DNA of 64,000 bases from Eledone cirrhosa. Taxonomy: Eukaryota. Below, one piece after another: positions 25,617-40,000 of the stretch. The stretch covers positions 23,560,001 to 23,624,000 of the forward strand of contig OZ024755.1 of assembly GCA_964016885.1 (NCBI GenBank), read 5' to 3'. Position 1 is the first letter of the stretch; every line of letters begins with the position of its first letter. The position numbers and the translations under genes were made by a program. The notes below the pieces were generated by a model. That model saw nothing but the letters and a program-made list of their open reading frames with translations, searched no databases and had not been told where the DNA came from.

Positions 25617-28600
25617 ATCTACACCAACTGTTCAAAAGAATGATAAATCAACACTACTAACATCATTTTTATGCCCACTTTTCCATGTTAGCATGGACTG
25701 GATGTGACGTTTTGAGAATGTTTTACAGCCAGATGCTCTTCCTGATTCTAACCCTTCTAGTAACCTCTTATGACATAGAGATATGGTGTACCTATTCTAA
25801 AACATTGGGATGCACACAGTAAAAAGGATTAACCCATTAGCATTTAAATAGTCTGAGTAATATAAATGCTAAATGATTGATGAAAAAAATACTGAAAACA
25901 ATTCCTTTTCAAAGTGTGTTAGGAATGTAGTGGTAGCAGTAACGATGTCATGGAGAAGATCTGAAGTATTAGCAGGTAATTAAAGCCAAGTAACTATAAT
26001 CAAGGACACAATACAATAACTACAATGATAAATCTATCAACTCAAGAATCAGAAAGCTGTTATTTTATCCATTTGGCTTTTTGGTATTATTAACCCATTA
26101 GCATTTATATTACTCTAATATTTACTATTGTATTTTCATGGTAAAGGCTTTACCTCACATAATTATCTCAGAGAATATCAAATCTATGAGATTCTGATAT
26201 TATTTATTTTGAGAACAATACCTTAATATCAATATGAGTGGCTGGTTACAGCTGGTTTGAACTGAAAGAGGTGAAAGAATTCTGGCTGGTTTGAATACTA
26301 AAGGGTTAAATCTACAACCCCAAAACAGATAAAGTCCACCTGACAAGCTTCCTACTATATTGTATCCATCTAATTCAATTTTACTCATGAAGCTAGGGTT
26401 GACCTAATGTTAGACGACCTATGGTTAGGTGCAACATAGTAGAATCAAATTCAGAACCATCTGATTGCGAAGTAAACATTTTAATATGATCCTGTGTATC
26501 GTATACATGCTTTCATGTTCTAATACAAATTTAAACTACATTCTATCATCTTAACTTTATCCTGCAATATATTTGATTATTTGACTTAATCCATTCATTT
26601 GTCCCTTTTTCTTCCTCCATCTCCTTTATTACTTGATTCATTAACTTTCTATCTCTATATTTTTAATGATTGCTTCATTAAATATTAGAAGAAAGGCAAC
26701 ATTAATTAAGAAATCTGAAAACTTCTAATGAAAACACAATTTTGAAAATGTTCAAATGCTTAAAAAGAAATCAAATATCTCAATTATATAATAAATTAGC
26801 TTAGACGACAATAACTAACAACAATGCTACACTTCTAAAACTGGGATAATACAATTTAGAATCATTAAATCAAAACTAATTAACACAATATAATGATGGC
26901 AGATACATTTATGACTTATTAAAATTAATTAATAAAAATTAAAAAAATGATATAACTTAGGAACTGCATTAGTATACAATATATTGTAGCTATAGTACTT
27001 GGAAGGTGTGTGGCCTAGTGGTTGGAGTGTTGAGTTCACATTCATAAGGCTGTGAGTTTGAATCCTGGACTGGGCAGTGCATTGTGTTTTTGAGCAGGGA
27101 TAATAGTAATGAATATGGGTTGGGTTGAGTATAGCCAGGTTAAGGGTCACACCTTCATACATGGTAGCAATGCATAAAGGATCAATACAGGGTGATGGGG
27201 AAGTAGATGGAGGAAGGGACTTAAAAGGAGCATAATGAGAGCTTTGCTTATACCAGTGTGTATATTTTCCCTAGCACTGCGTGCTGTCAATCCTCATTTG
27301 TGTCATGAGATTCAGCTACTTATGATCAGCCCTCACCACTTCCTCCTATGTCTTCCTCTTTCACACATTTCAACAACTTCAAGGAATCTGCATATTTTTA
27401 TACAATTGGTATCCTCCAAACGCATCATATGTCTATACCACTGCAGCCTTCTCCTGTAAACTACATCCAATTCCTCTTACATCTAGTTTTTCTCTCAATT
27501 CAACTGCACTTCATCATTCATGCACATTACATATCCAGCAGAGCATGCTTGCCTCATTTCTTTCCAGTCATTGCAGATTTTCGTCATTCAAGATACATGT
27601 CTTACTCCCATGCATCATCATAGTTCATATGTATGCCTCATAAAGTCTGTTCTTCACTTTGAGAGAAAATCTCTTTGTTGCGAGCAAAGGCAACATTGAA
27701 TTTAGCTCTTTAAATTGTTTGGTAAATTATATCAATATTAGAAATACAAAAAATGGTTCTGTTGGATAATATCATAATTGGAATAACCAAAGGTTAGGTC
27801 AGAACTAAAAATACCTTTATTTTTTCGGCATAGTTTTAACCCTTCCTATCACCTGCATTTGTGTATATATTACCAGCACTTAAGAGGTTGTTTGTGGAAG
27901 GACTAAAGAGCTGCATCTAAAAATAGTATTTCAATAATACTATTTACAACAATAATTTCTTTTGATTTAAATGTGAAACCAATTTACGGGAGTCATATAG
28001 TAAACGAAAGTAATCACATTATATTACAGGTGCTGCTTTATCATTTCCAAAGACATAAAAGACAAAATCAAGGAAAAGCAAATAAAATTTTCATTCAAAA
28101 ATATAAACATACCTATCTGAAGTATTTCTTAGGTATAATTTATTTTATAGGAAGGTTTCAAATTTATAGGGTTGTGGAAATGAGATTATGTGGTGTTCAG
28201 GTATTTCTAAGTATATTAACAACATATAGGAAATGTAATTCTAAATAGTGATTAAAACTAGGATCTGGATTTGGTTGGCTGGAAGCTTATCTAAATTCTC
28301 CTATGTATGACAACTATTTCATGTTATCTCATTAAATCCTCTACATTTTCCCATCTCTAGCCTTTAACATCTTGCATTGCATGAAACCAGATTAAGGAAA
28401 GATATTCTTGAAAGATTATAAAACAGAACTACATGTCACATTAAAAATTTCAAGTCTTTATGTTAATACTGTAAATGTTCATAATGATCTGCCTACTAGT
28501 AAACATACTATAAACATTTAAATTAACAGACCCAATTTTTAAATATTTTTTTGCCAAACCATTACAGGCTGTTAAGAAAGCATTATGTTTAGGAATGGAT

Positions 28601-28875
28601 CCCCAAAACTAGGAACAAACTAACTTCTTTCATCATGATGTTTATTACTCCCCCACCACAAAAAAAGAAAAATTACCCAAATATCCCAAGTACAACCAGT
28701 AATATATTAAATGTAGTGAGACCAAAAGATTTCACTTTAAATTATACTCATGTTTAGAAAGGCAAAGAGAGATCAACAGTGAAATAGGGAATTAGTCTGA
28801 ATTTGGTGACGACATCTCTGGACAAGAACTGCCAAACAAAGACAACTGAGAGTTTTTTTTTCTTGTGTAAATATT

Positions 28876-29149
28876 GTTTAGAATACATATAAAAATGAGA
28901 AAAATCATTGCTAGAACAGCTGTCAAATAGCTAAATGCTGTCAAAGACAGTGTTGGGCAAAAATGCCTCAGAGGACAGAGAGAGACAATCTACAAGGTGG
29001 GTGACAGGCAGACCTTATGGATTGTCTCTCTGTTGGCTGCTGGTTGCTGGTCTCAGGTATTTTTGCCCATCGCTGTCTTTGACAGCATTTAGCTGTTTTA
29101 ACGGCTGTTTTAGCAATGATTTTTCTCATCTTTATATGTATTCAAATAC
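28876..29149. repeat. ~270-bp fold-back palindrome (MITE-like)
   Basis: Arms pair extensively, e.g. ATGAGAAAAATCATTGCTA / TAGCAATGATTTTTCTCAT and GCTAAATGCTGTCAAAGACAG / CTGTCTTTGACAGCATTTAGC. Confidence 0.9.
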
Positions 29150-29654
29150 ACTCTCGCTTCGTTTCGATCAGAGACAACATTGTTTTTTTCATCGTTTAGA
29201 ATAATTTTCATTGAAAATAAGTAATTATTTTTTGTTCATAAAATGTGTAGAATAACACTCACTCCTAGTTTCCAAATAGAGTAATATACAATGAAGGATG
29301 CTTTGATTTTAGTTTCTCCACAAACATTACAACTAATAATAAAAAAAATATTTAATAACCTTCTGGTCATTATGATATAATTAGACTTTCAAATAGCCAT
29401 ACAAATACAGCAACATATTAGGAAATACAACCTGTCGATTTCTGCAAACTTGTCATGAATTGAGCAGGAATCAATCAACAAGATCAATATTTACCATGGA
29501 AGACCAGCATAAAATCCAGAAGTAGCAGTTAAATGTAATGGAAAAAAAAACTAAAATATATATTTAAAAAATGCCACCAGTTTATACTTCTGATTGTTAG
29601 CCATTACCAATAAGATTGAAGAATTATTTTAATGGTAATATCTATGTAACTATT

Positions 29655-30014
29655 CATAAACAACATGCCACTAAGGCAGCCAGGAAAAGTGCCCCAGCTA
29701 CTGGTGGTGTTAAGAAACCTCATCGTTATAGGCCTGGTACAGTAGCTCTCCGTGAAATCAGACGTTACCAAAAATCTACAGACATTCTCATCAGGAAGTT
29801 TCCCTTCCAACATCTGGTACACGAGATCGTTCAGGATTTCTAAACTGATCGTTGTTTCCAGAGTTCTGCTGTAATGGCTCTTCAAGAAGCCAGTGAAGCT
29901 TATTTAGTTGGTCTTTTCGAAGATACCAACTTGTGTGCCATCCACGCCAAGCGAGTGACCATCATGCCAAAAGATATCCAATTCGCTCATCATATCCGTG
30001 GTGACAGAGCTTAA
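29655..30014 (+). pseudogene. H3: 5'-truncated canonical (replication-dependent, H3.2-type) histone H3 pseudogene
   Basis: Translates [41 protein letters not shown]...[60 protein letters not shown]31 and SAVM mark the canonical type. First ~16 codons absent; K79 is a TAA stop (29841-29843). Confidence 0.95.
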
Positions 30015-30360
30015 GTTGCTGGTTTATCTGTATAATACTAAAACTATCTGATTACTTGTTTGTCTATAATGTAATACAGCCAAAAGGGTGCATAATGGGA
30101 AAATACTTTGAAAGGAGGTTGACCCTGAAATGGGTATACATAATGGAATAAAACAAATTTCGAATAAAGTGCACCACGGGTTCCTGAGATATGGGGGTTT
30201 TCCGGGTACCTTCTTAAACAGAGAAAGAGAGAGAGAGGAGACAGAGAAGGAGAATGGAAGAAAGAGAGAGAGAGCTGTTGGTGGTGTTGTGTATAATCAT
30301 CATCATCTTCGTTTAACGTCCATTTTCCACGCTAGCATGGGTTAGACGGTGTGTTAGATG

Positions 30361-30391
<31 letters not shown>

Positions 30392-30475
30392 ATGTGTGTT
30401 TGTATATATATAAATGTGTGTGTGTGTATATGTGTCTGTGTGTCTATAACCAGTGTATATAGATCACAGACACCC

Positions 30476-30518
<43 letters not shown>

Positions 30519-31461
30519 TACATATATATATGTATATACACACACACATTTATATATATATACACATACGTAGGTAACACGGTAAAAACCTCCCAGTCCA
30601 CACTGTAAACGTGGTTGGTGTTAGGAAGGGCATCCAGCTGTAGAAAACCCGCCAGACAGTCCTATACGAGCAAGACAACCAATCTTGCTTCAAGTGGGGA
30701 AAATTCCCATCCAAACCCATGCAAGCGTGGAAGATGGACGTTAAACAATGATGATGATGATATATATGGGCCTTCCAGTTTCATTTCACATTATATACGT
30801 GTCTGCGTGTATTTTAATTATTTAAAAATTATTTTTAAGTGAACATGATTTTTAAAAATATTTTAAAGTGAACGTGACCCAATGGGTCACAGGTGGTCTA
30901 GTTTACACTTAAATATAAAGCATTAGGCTGTTAATGGATAGATGCAGCTCTTTTCTTTCTTTTTTTCAGGAACTAACTAAAGAGAATATTATACTCATAT
31001 GAAAGATTTATCAATCATTATTTCCATCCATTAGTAATTCACTCATCATAAAACTAAGCAGCCTCTACTGAAAGAAATTGGTTTGATATGAAAAAAATAT
31101 TGAAGTCTTCAAGCTCAGAATATGAGGAAATAAATGAGAGATATAAATGGGAGGTTTAGACACTGAGTTTATCATCTTTGTTAATTCAAAGACACAAGCA
31201 GGGACTAAACAATGTCATCTAATTAGAAAATATTGATTCCAATAATTTGCACAATTACTTTAATTTCAAAATAATCCAATTCATAAAGAATATAATAATG
31301 TTGAAGTAGAACAGAATGTCTCAACAAATATAGAGACAACAAATGCATAAAAAACAACAACAAAAAAACCTAATACAAGAGTAGGATTCTGTATTGAGAT
31401 GCAGCTGCTATTTTGCATTTCAGATCAACATAAACATTGACATTCTATCTTTGGGTGTTAA

Positions 31462-32312
31462 CCATTATGTAACCATATTTCTATATTTCTATGTTTCATT
31501 TAATTTTGAAAATAATCAAGAATATGAGGAGAAATTTAACAAAATAATTTTATCATAATTAACTCTTTAGTATTTACATTATTCTATATTGTATTTGGTG
31601 GTGAATTGGCAATATCAGTAGAGGGTCGGACGCCATGCTTTGCAGCACAGTTACGTCCCTTTATGGACTGAGTTCAAATCCCGCTGAGGTTAACTTTGCT
31701 TTTCATCCTTACGGGGTCGATAAAATAAAGTACCAGTAATGCACTGGGTAATTGCTGGCCTTGTGCCATAAGTAGAAACAATTATTCTATATTGTATTTT
31801 TGTGGTAAAAGCTTTATCTCACATAATTATATTATTTTGAGAACAATACCTTAACATATGTATGAGTGGCTGGTTATGGCTGGTTTGAACAGAGAGAGAG
31901 GTGAGAGAATTCTGACTGGATATGGCCAGGTTAAATACTAAAGTGTTAAGCTGATGTTCAGAATATAATGGATAGAAAAGTTCTTACATGAAATTATTTT
32001 GGAAGGTTGTAACTTAACCCTTTCATGACCACATTTCTAATTAAATTAATTAATGAAGAATTTTGAGGGATTTACTAAAATTATTAGTTACTTTATTACT
32101 AAGATAGTAACTTAATGTAAGGTTCTTATATAAAATTATGTTGGAAGATTTTAACTTAAATTGGAAATCTTTAAAACTGGTGGTTTTATTTCATAGAACC
32201 AAAGCCAGTTTTGACTGGGTTGGTAACTAAAGGGTTGACTATACACATTTCAAATAGGAGGTTTTGTATCATAGCCTCAGGGGCACTCTTAGATGGGTTT
32301 GTCCTAAAAAGG
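31462..32312 (+). mobile_element. piggyBac-type MITE family 2 hosting three nested insertions
   Basis: TTAA-bounded outer copy contains MITE1 (31563-31945), which holds a SINE (31597-31780, 19-bp TSD ATTATTCTATATTGTATTT), plus a second family-2 copy (32018-32234). Confidence 0.7.
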
Positions 32313-35300
32313 TCAATGGTAGTATACAAGGAATAAGAGACTAAAAACAGATAACATAGTCAGAACTTTGAGTGGAAACTGTCAAATTTCATAGCATTGT
32401 GAGTAGTGAACTAAACTGAGTTCTTTAGGTCATTAAGTATGAAATGTCTGAAAATAAACTAGCCTTTCAATTTGTAATCAGTCATTTCATACTTAATTAC
32501 CTGACAATATCTACTTCAGCTACTTGTGGTAATTTCTTACTCATATCACAACCCTAACAAAACAATTGCCTCTACAGACACTAACTACCCAAGGCATATA
32601 ATCCAGAAGTTGATTCCAAATATCTCATTTAGACTTTCCCAATTAAAACAACATGACCCTCCCCAAATATAACAATGGCTAATGAATAGATTTTCAGAAA
32701 TATATTCCAATACTACAATGAAGGCTTAACCAGAAGTGGCTTTAATGATAAAGCCTTTTACACTACCACATCTAGTTCCTGCCCCCATAGAAAGAAAACC
32801 AGAAAAATAAACATTACTTTGCACACACACCTGTTCAAAATTTCTCTTTAAATCATAAATGCCCCCAGATCTTCAACAAAAATAATATCAAATTAATGTA
32901 TTTTACGAGACCAAACTTTCAACTGTAATTTAGCATATTCTAATACCATTTAGCATAATGAACAAAACAAAATTACACAATACCACCAATGCCCTTTAGA
33001 CTTTGCTTGGCTATGAAATGACTCAACCCTTCAGCATTTAAACTGGCTGTATCTGATTAGAATTCTCTCACCTCTATCTGCTCAAACCAATACTCATACT
33101 GATGTTAAGCTATTGTTATCAAAATAAATAATAACAAAGTCTCATAAATTCGATATTATGGAAGATAAAGCCTTTACTGTGAAAATACAATAGTAAATAT
33201 AAGGTAATGTAAATGCTAAAGAGTTAAAGGCCATTTTCCATTTTAATGCAGGGTTTAGAGGGCTTCATGGTAAGTCTCTTATCCATCATGTAGTCCTTTT
33301 TGAGGCAATGATTGACAGCTGGATGCCCTTCCTGGTGCCAGCGCTTCGTTAGTCACCTCCTATGAAAGGACACAGTACATCTATTCTAAACAGGATAGAA
33401 GCAGTAATGGAAAACAAGAGTTCTTAAAATTTAAACAATCTGCTTGTTGACATTAATGCGTTACTACAGCAACCATCAATATAATTTAGTGATAAACACT
33501 CACAAGTCATAAGATAGGCTAATGCTATTAGAATTGCTATAATGCTATTACTGTTGTTGAATTATAATTTAACTCCTTTTAATATTATTTTTAGTGGGAA
33601 GTAACTAAATGCTCATAAACTTATTTAATTGATACTTCCCTATTATGTATTCCAGCTGAGAGGCTGAGACCATGCTGGGGCACCACCATTAACAACAGTA
33701 ATTTAGAAACAAAAGATCTTTATGTACCCAACCTTATTGAAACTGGTGGTTTGCTATTGCAGAACTAAAATATTAACCTAAGACAATCTTAGATTTTTTA
33801 GTAGTGCAGCCCACCTATGATGAGCGACATTCTATGTGGTCCACTGCTCGAAAAAGGTTGCCCATGCCTGACCTGAGACAACAATAAACATTTTAAGACT
33901 ATTTTCTCTGCAGAAGCAAATGATGACCATGCAGCCCATGACAAACTTCAAACCCATTAAGGGATCCTTTCTGACGTAATGTTATACAGCCAGATGGTCT
34001 TCTTAGCGCCAGCTACTTTAGTTACCGCTTTACAACACACAGGGATACGGTGTACTTATTCTTAACTAGATATACACAGCAAAAGCAGAATTACTCACAA
34101 ATCTAAGTGCAATAAATTGCACATAAAAATTTTGGTAATTCCTGTTGCTCTATAGCAGACTTTCCCTAAATGAGTTTCTGAGTTCTAATCCTGCCAAGGT
34201 TTCTTTGCCTTTCATCTTTACGGGGTCGATAAAATAAATGATCAGTAATGCACTGGGGTTGATTTAATCATCAACTTCTCTCCCCAAAATTGTTGGCCTT
34301 GTGCCTAAATCAGAAACCATTATTTGAACAGGTTAATGAAAAGAAGAAGAAAGAATTGGTTAACGACAGGTGCTGCAATATCTTAAATGTGAAAATTCAG
34401 TACAATCTTGATATACTATATTATACAGTGAATACTACAATAAAAACTTACTTTTTGTGCCGTCGTGCCAGCATGAATTGGATATTGAGCGAAAAACAAT
34501 ATACTGACTATGAAAAGCCTGTATTATATAGTTAGTTTTCAAATGAAACAACAAGTGTCTTGATATACTTTATTGAGCTGACCTCAAATCGCTAAGACTG
34601 ACAGAGGAGGTGACGAAGGAACGCGACAAGTGGAGAGATGCTGTGCTGAGAAGGACCTGTCCAACCCATGCAAGCATGGAAAAGTGGACGTAAAAACGAT
34701 GACGATGATAATTTTCAAACGAAACAAGTCTCTTGATAAACTGTAATATACAGTTGGTTTTCAAATGAAACAAGTCTCTTTAGTTTCTGCTTAAAATAAG
34801 AGAATGAAAGTCAATTTAAATTTGTAAACCGGTCATCAAAATTTACTTTTTATCATATGTATATTCTCTTAATTGCATAGCTGCTTCTTTTCAAATGAAC
34901 TCTTTTTCTCTTTTACTGTCAACTAGTGTTACACTTCGAAAACTACACAGCACCAAATCAGCTGTTATTTTTGTAGAAACAACATATTTGTGCTAGTTAC
35001 TACAGCATTCAATCCTTTCTCATGTTCATCCAGTTAAATGTCCATTCTTCAGTCAATCTCCTCACACATCATAATTTAAGCTAAAAATCAATAAACCTAA
35101 TCTTCATTCAGTTATTTCATATATATTCATTTCATTTCATTTTACGTCCGCTTTTCCCTGCTTGCAAGGGTGGGACGGGAACTGATTCTGGCTTGATTTC
35201 TACAGCTGGATGCCCTTCCTAACACCAACCTCATTTACAGTGAGTGCTGGCTGCTTTTTTGCCGTGGCACCCCCACGACCACTTTGCAGTGGAATGATAG

Positions 35301-35462
35301 GGACCCCAGTCCCTATCATCTCATTTCTACAGCTGAGTGAACTGGAGCAATGTGAAATAAAGTGTCTTGCTCAAGGAAACAACACATCACCCGGTCTGAG
35401 AATTGAGCTCATAACCTATAGATTGTTCTAACCACTAAGCCATGTGCCTCCATTATATATAT

Positions 35463-35518
<56 letters not shown>

Positions 35519-35520
35519 TA

Positions 35521-35598
35521 CAGGGTGTCCCAAAAAAACGTACACACACTTCAACAGCATTCTAATAAATATGTGTATACATTTTGTGGGACACCCTG
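35521..35598. mobile_element. ~80-bp Tc1/mariner-type palindromic micro-MITE (second copy ~37090-37172)
   Basis: TA-CAGGGTGTCCCA...TGGGACACCCTG, set within TA/CA microsatellites. Confidence 0.75.
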
Positions 35599-37051
35599 TG
35601 TGTATGTATATATATATATATATATATAAAGGTAGAACTATATAAACAATTCTCAAAGGAAAATAGAGAATTAAAATGATAGTATGTAATTGTCAATTTT
35701 TAAGAAAAAGGAATAGCTCAAGGCGTTTATACATATAAATGCTGAGCAAATAAACACTAATACCCCTGTTTACACACACACATATGGTTAACCATTTCCC
35801 ACAATTGGCAAAATGATCATAGTAGAAATGAATTTAAATTTGTAAACCAGTCGTGTTCATTGTGAATATTTTATCTTGGAGTAAACAAGATATTATTAAA
35901 CTTTCATTGTAATTAGTGCAACTGGTTTACAAATCTGTTTGGGTTTACTGGTTACTGAGAAGAATAAAAGGCTGCGATGACAAATTCACCACCTCCAAAC
36001 CTAGCCTAGCTACCAAGTAGCGTACATGGGGGGGGGGTAATCTTTTGGATGGGGGCATCATTTGAGGGGAAAATAACTTAAATTTGATTGATTTATATTT
36101 ATATTAAAATTGAATAGTGTTTCATCTGTGTTTATATATTCAAAACGTTTTCCTTTCTCATATTTCTCAGTACATTAGGCCTTTTACTTGAGTCTTTGGG
36201 GCATACAATCAAGATTTTCCCCGGGCATCACCAGAGCTTTGCACGCCGCAGTCGCCACCCAATGTCAGCTGTGAAATGTGCGGACATTTATTATTTGCAA
36301 AAATCGGTTCCGCTCGCCACCACCACCACCACAACAGGCACTATCACAGGTGAGAACATTGAAAAGAAGGAAAATATACTGAGAAACGGGGATGATCCGA
36401 TGACCGACCACGACACCAGGGTTGCTCTATAGTTGAAACAAACACCTTTTCTTAAAAAAAAACAAAAAACAAAAAAAAAAAAAAACGACACACGCACACA
36501 GCAACAATTACATTTCACACATGCTTTTCAATGTGATATATTATTGTATATTACAATTCAACGCTTTCATCATATTGGCTACAATGATAAACTTCTTTTC
36601 AACCGTTCAATAGATTTCTTTTCAATTGATTTGATCAAAACTACTTAACTTAATTGCTCAGAATAGGGACAGGAGTGCAATAGAAGAACGTCTATGTAGC
36701 TTGAAAAATCAAATCAAAGGTTTGAAGATTTATAAGATCTAAGTTCTTGTAAATTTACTCCTACCCACCCACTAAGGGAATGTATAGCAATATTAATTCA
36801 TCCTCTTATTATACCCCCTCCCCACATCATATGGGTGAATATAAAATTTGATACGTGCATTAAATATGAATGACTCATAGTAAGTTGTAGGTTGAAAAAG
36901 AAAAACGCATACCCACCCGCCTACACACGCAAGAGTATATATATAGTAATAATAATAAATTTGAAGACTAAAATCCAAAGAGGGCTCGATAAGGATAAAT
37001 ATATATCAAATATATAAGAACCGTAGAGCAAATATTTATTTTAATAAATAA

Positions 37052-37093
<42 letters not shown>

Positions 37094-37167
37094 GGTGTCG
37101 CCCCCCCCCCCCATGTATACACACTTCAATAGTATTATAATGAATATGTGTATATATTTTTGGGACA

Positions 37168-37222
<55 letters not shown>

Positions 37223-37962
37223 GGGGGGGGGGGGCTTAAAAGCAATTTACCAAATTTTGTTTCAGGTGTTGAGTTCGCCATTTATAATAGCAATAACAAG
37301 TGTTTTAATAAAAGATACACAGAAAGAATGAATACGTGTGTGTGTGTATGTATATATATAAACAAGAAATACAAATAGAGATGTTTTAATGCGTTTATGA
37401 TGGCAGATAGATGAAACTAGTAGATTAATGAAACTAATAAAATCAGAAATTTGGTTATAAATTCTATTTAGCAGTTATCGAGGAAGAAAATAACTTAATG
37501 CATTATGTGTAAATAGTTAGTTGATAGCTAAGAAAGGTAAATATATTGAAAACAGTGACTTTGTAGGTACAGTTCTTTATAAAGAGGCGGGGATGAACTT
37601 TTAGTTCACTTCCGTCACTATTACAGGGGAAGAAACAGTCTATAACCATTGAAAAAGTTTCGTGCAACCACTTACCAGGCTGACAGGCAAGAGCTGAGTG
37701 ATGCTATAATTTTGAATGAATCAAGTTAAAGCCAATAGGCAACTACTATGACACATTTTTATATAAAACAAACAACAAACAAAACCCCTTGGTTATGATG
37801 TTTTACACACGAATGACTACGATCAGTAAACAGTGTTCATCGACAAAGATAATCGAACTTTCTTTTGAACTATTAAGTATAGTTTCTGCTGTATAAACGT
37901 AAATATACTTTAGTTGTAGAAGTGACTTCCGAATGAGTATCATCCATCACCAACTAACTTGC

Positions 37963-38090
37963 CTACCGCCTCTGGGTCCCGGCCAACAGGATGGAGAATG
38001 CATTGCCCCGGTGGACGGCGAGGGAGACGCTCTGAAACAGCCACTCCAGCTCGCACCTGCGGGCGGCCAACTCCGTGGCTTCGCGTTGAT
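37963..38090 (-). mobile_element. 3' fragment of an RLE-endonuclease (CRE-like) non-LTR retrotransposon
   Basis: Minus frame ELAARRCELEWLFQSVSLAVHRGNAFSILLAGTQRR* matches the FQR.S.A.QRGNA.S.L C-terminal motif of CRE-type elements. Confidence 0.7.
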
Positions 38091-39619
38091 TATATAAAGC
38101 AATGTTGTGAAAAGAAACTTAACTAAATTCCACAAAAAATTACGCGATGCTAATGTATATGAGAAACTATAAGCTGGACAGCAGGTCTTCAGAGGAGACC
38201 CCCCCCCCCCACCATCGAGCAGGTGCTTAGGCCCTTAATCTTTTACGCTCTAAGGGGACAGGGCTGCATGCAGATCATAACTCCTGGGTGCCCTTCTGCT
38301 AACATTTAGACATTCAGAAATGGAAGACATGCTGTGTAACCGTATGGAGATTGTGTCGACAGAATCTAGTTGGAACTACTTTCCATAGTTCCAGCTGGAT
38401 TCTGTCAAGAAAATTACATACACTATATTGCCAATATATTAATATTCGGCCGTCATTCGTTTTAGGTAGACGTAATGTAAAGAAGGCGACTTCCGCCAGA
38501 TTCTGGAAGTTGAATAAAATAATTCCAACTATATTAAAATGTAAGTTAACAATACCTTGACAAATCTGTATATATAAATTCAGAACGATTTATTAATAAT
38601 AAAACAGGAAAAGAGATAAGGCAACTTGCACGGAGATCAAATAATCTGTTTTCCACGTATCAGTAGGAATTTGATTTATTAGGAAAATAAAATATTTCAA
38701 ATTAAATTGTTTGATAAATATTAAAGAAAATTATTGTAATAGATTTAAACAGTTCTTTTCATTTTATTACTTTTGACAGTAGTATTTAAGGTAACTTCCA
38801 TAAACCGATAGAAGTCACCTTATCGACATCGCGTCTACCCACAACGAATGATCGCCTAATATTCTTACTGTAAATAAGCACAGATGGCGACGAAGTTAGT
38901 CACGATATTGCACAATATTATCAAAATACTACAGGAAAATTTCCTATGTTTGAGCAGAAGATAATATGAATTTAGAAAGTTCCAGCGAAATTATTTAGAG
39001 AAAGGCTGAGTGGATGGAGGAGGATTCTAACTTGGTTTAGATACATCATGTATATATGTGTGTAGAGAGAGAAAACTCCGAGTGGGGAGGGGGTGATCTG
39101 AGGAAGGACACCAACCCCACCCTCTCTGTTTTCCAGGAAAAAAGTTCATTGTGATAGTTGATAGCACAAAAAAATAAACGAGGAATAAACATTTTCCCAC
39201 TGAAATAAAATTTTTTTACTATAAACCCAATCATTTAAAAAGGGTTCTATGCTAGACTGAAACTCCCTTTAGGGGTTTTGAGGTGATGAGGAGCAAACAA
39301 GGGAGAGAACTCATAATTTAAACACTCCTAAAGGCAGTTCCAGATTTGATATTACGATGGTAGTCTCAGTTAATTGGGTTTTTTTTTTTTCTCACTTGCC
39401 ATATTCAAATTGCGATGAATACACTTTATACAAAACACCCCCTCAGGCATCTTTGTTTTACCCTTTGTTGATATAGAAAACTAGCACATTATTTCTTTAT
39501 CCTTTCCTATATCTTACAATTGTTCGTCAAGCCAACTTACTACGTCAATATGGTTCGCCAGGGAAATCTATTAAAATTGAAATGTTTGTTGCTTTCACTA
39601 AGTTGGAATATAGGCAAGG

Positions 39620-40000
39620 TCCACTCACACTGTATTGTCATTTCCCACCCGTTTCTGCTGGAATCTGCCTGATGGCTCTAGTCATCAGCTTCCAAAATTC
39701 ATAGCTAATGGCTTTCAAATGCTTATTCAACACCACTGTCCTGGACAGTGTCTTTGATCGGGTTGTCGATGTAGGTGTGTTGGCGTTTTCGTCTCTTTAC
39801 AACTCCATGCAATGGGTTATAAAACACTAACTTAGATGTTTCCAGTTCAAGATGTGGTATACCATGACCAGATATACAGAGCCGTCTTTGATATTTTCGC
39901 TGATTTCTAGGTCTCCATAAAGACATTTATTTGTCATATGTTACTGCCATTTTACAATATGCATACACTCTAATATGTGTTCCAGCCTTCAATGCAGAAG
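39620..40000 (-). mobile_element. Degenerate RTE-type LINE 3' fragment
   Basis: SGHG...SKLVFYNPLHG..KRR..HTYID resembles an RTE C-terminus. Confidence 0.55.

Noticed and set aside
29616-29843. ORF as a functional H3 variant with a novel N-terminus
   Set aside because: TTG start in AT-rich flank, stop at K79, and multiple substitutions at invariant residues.
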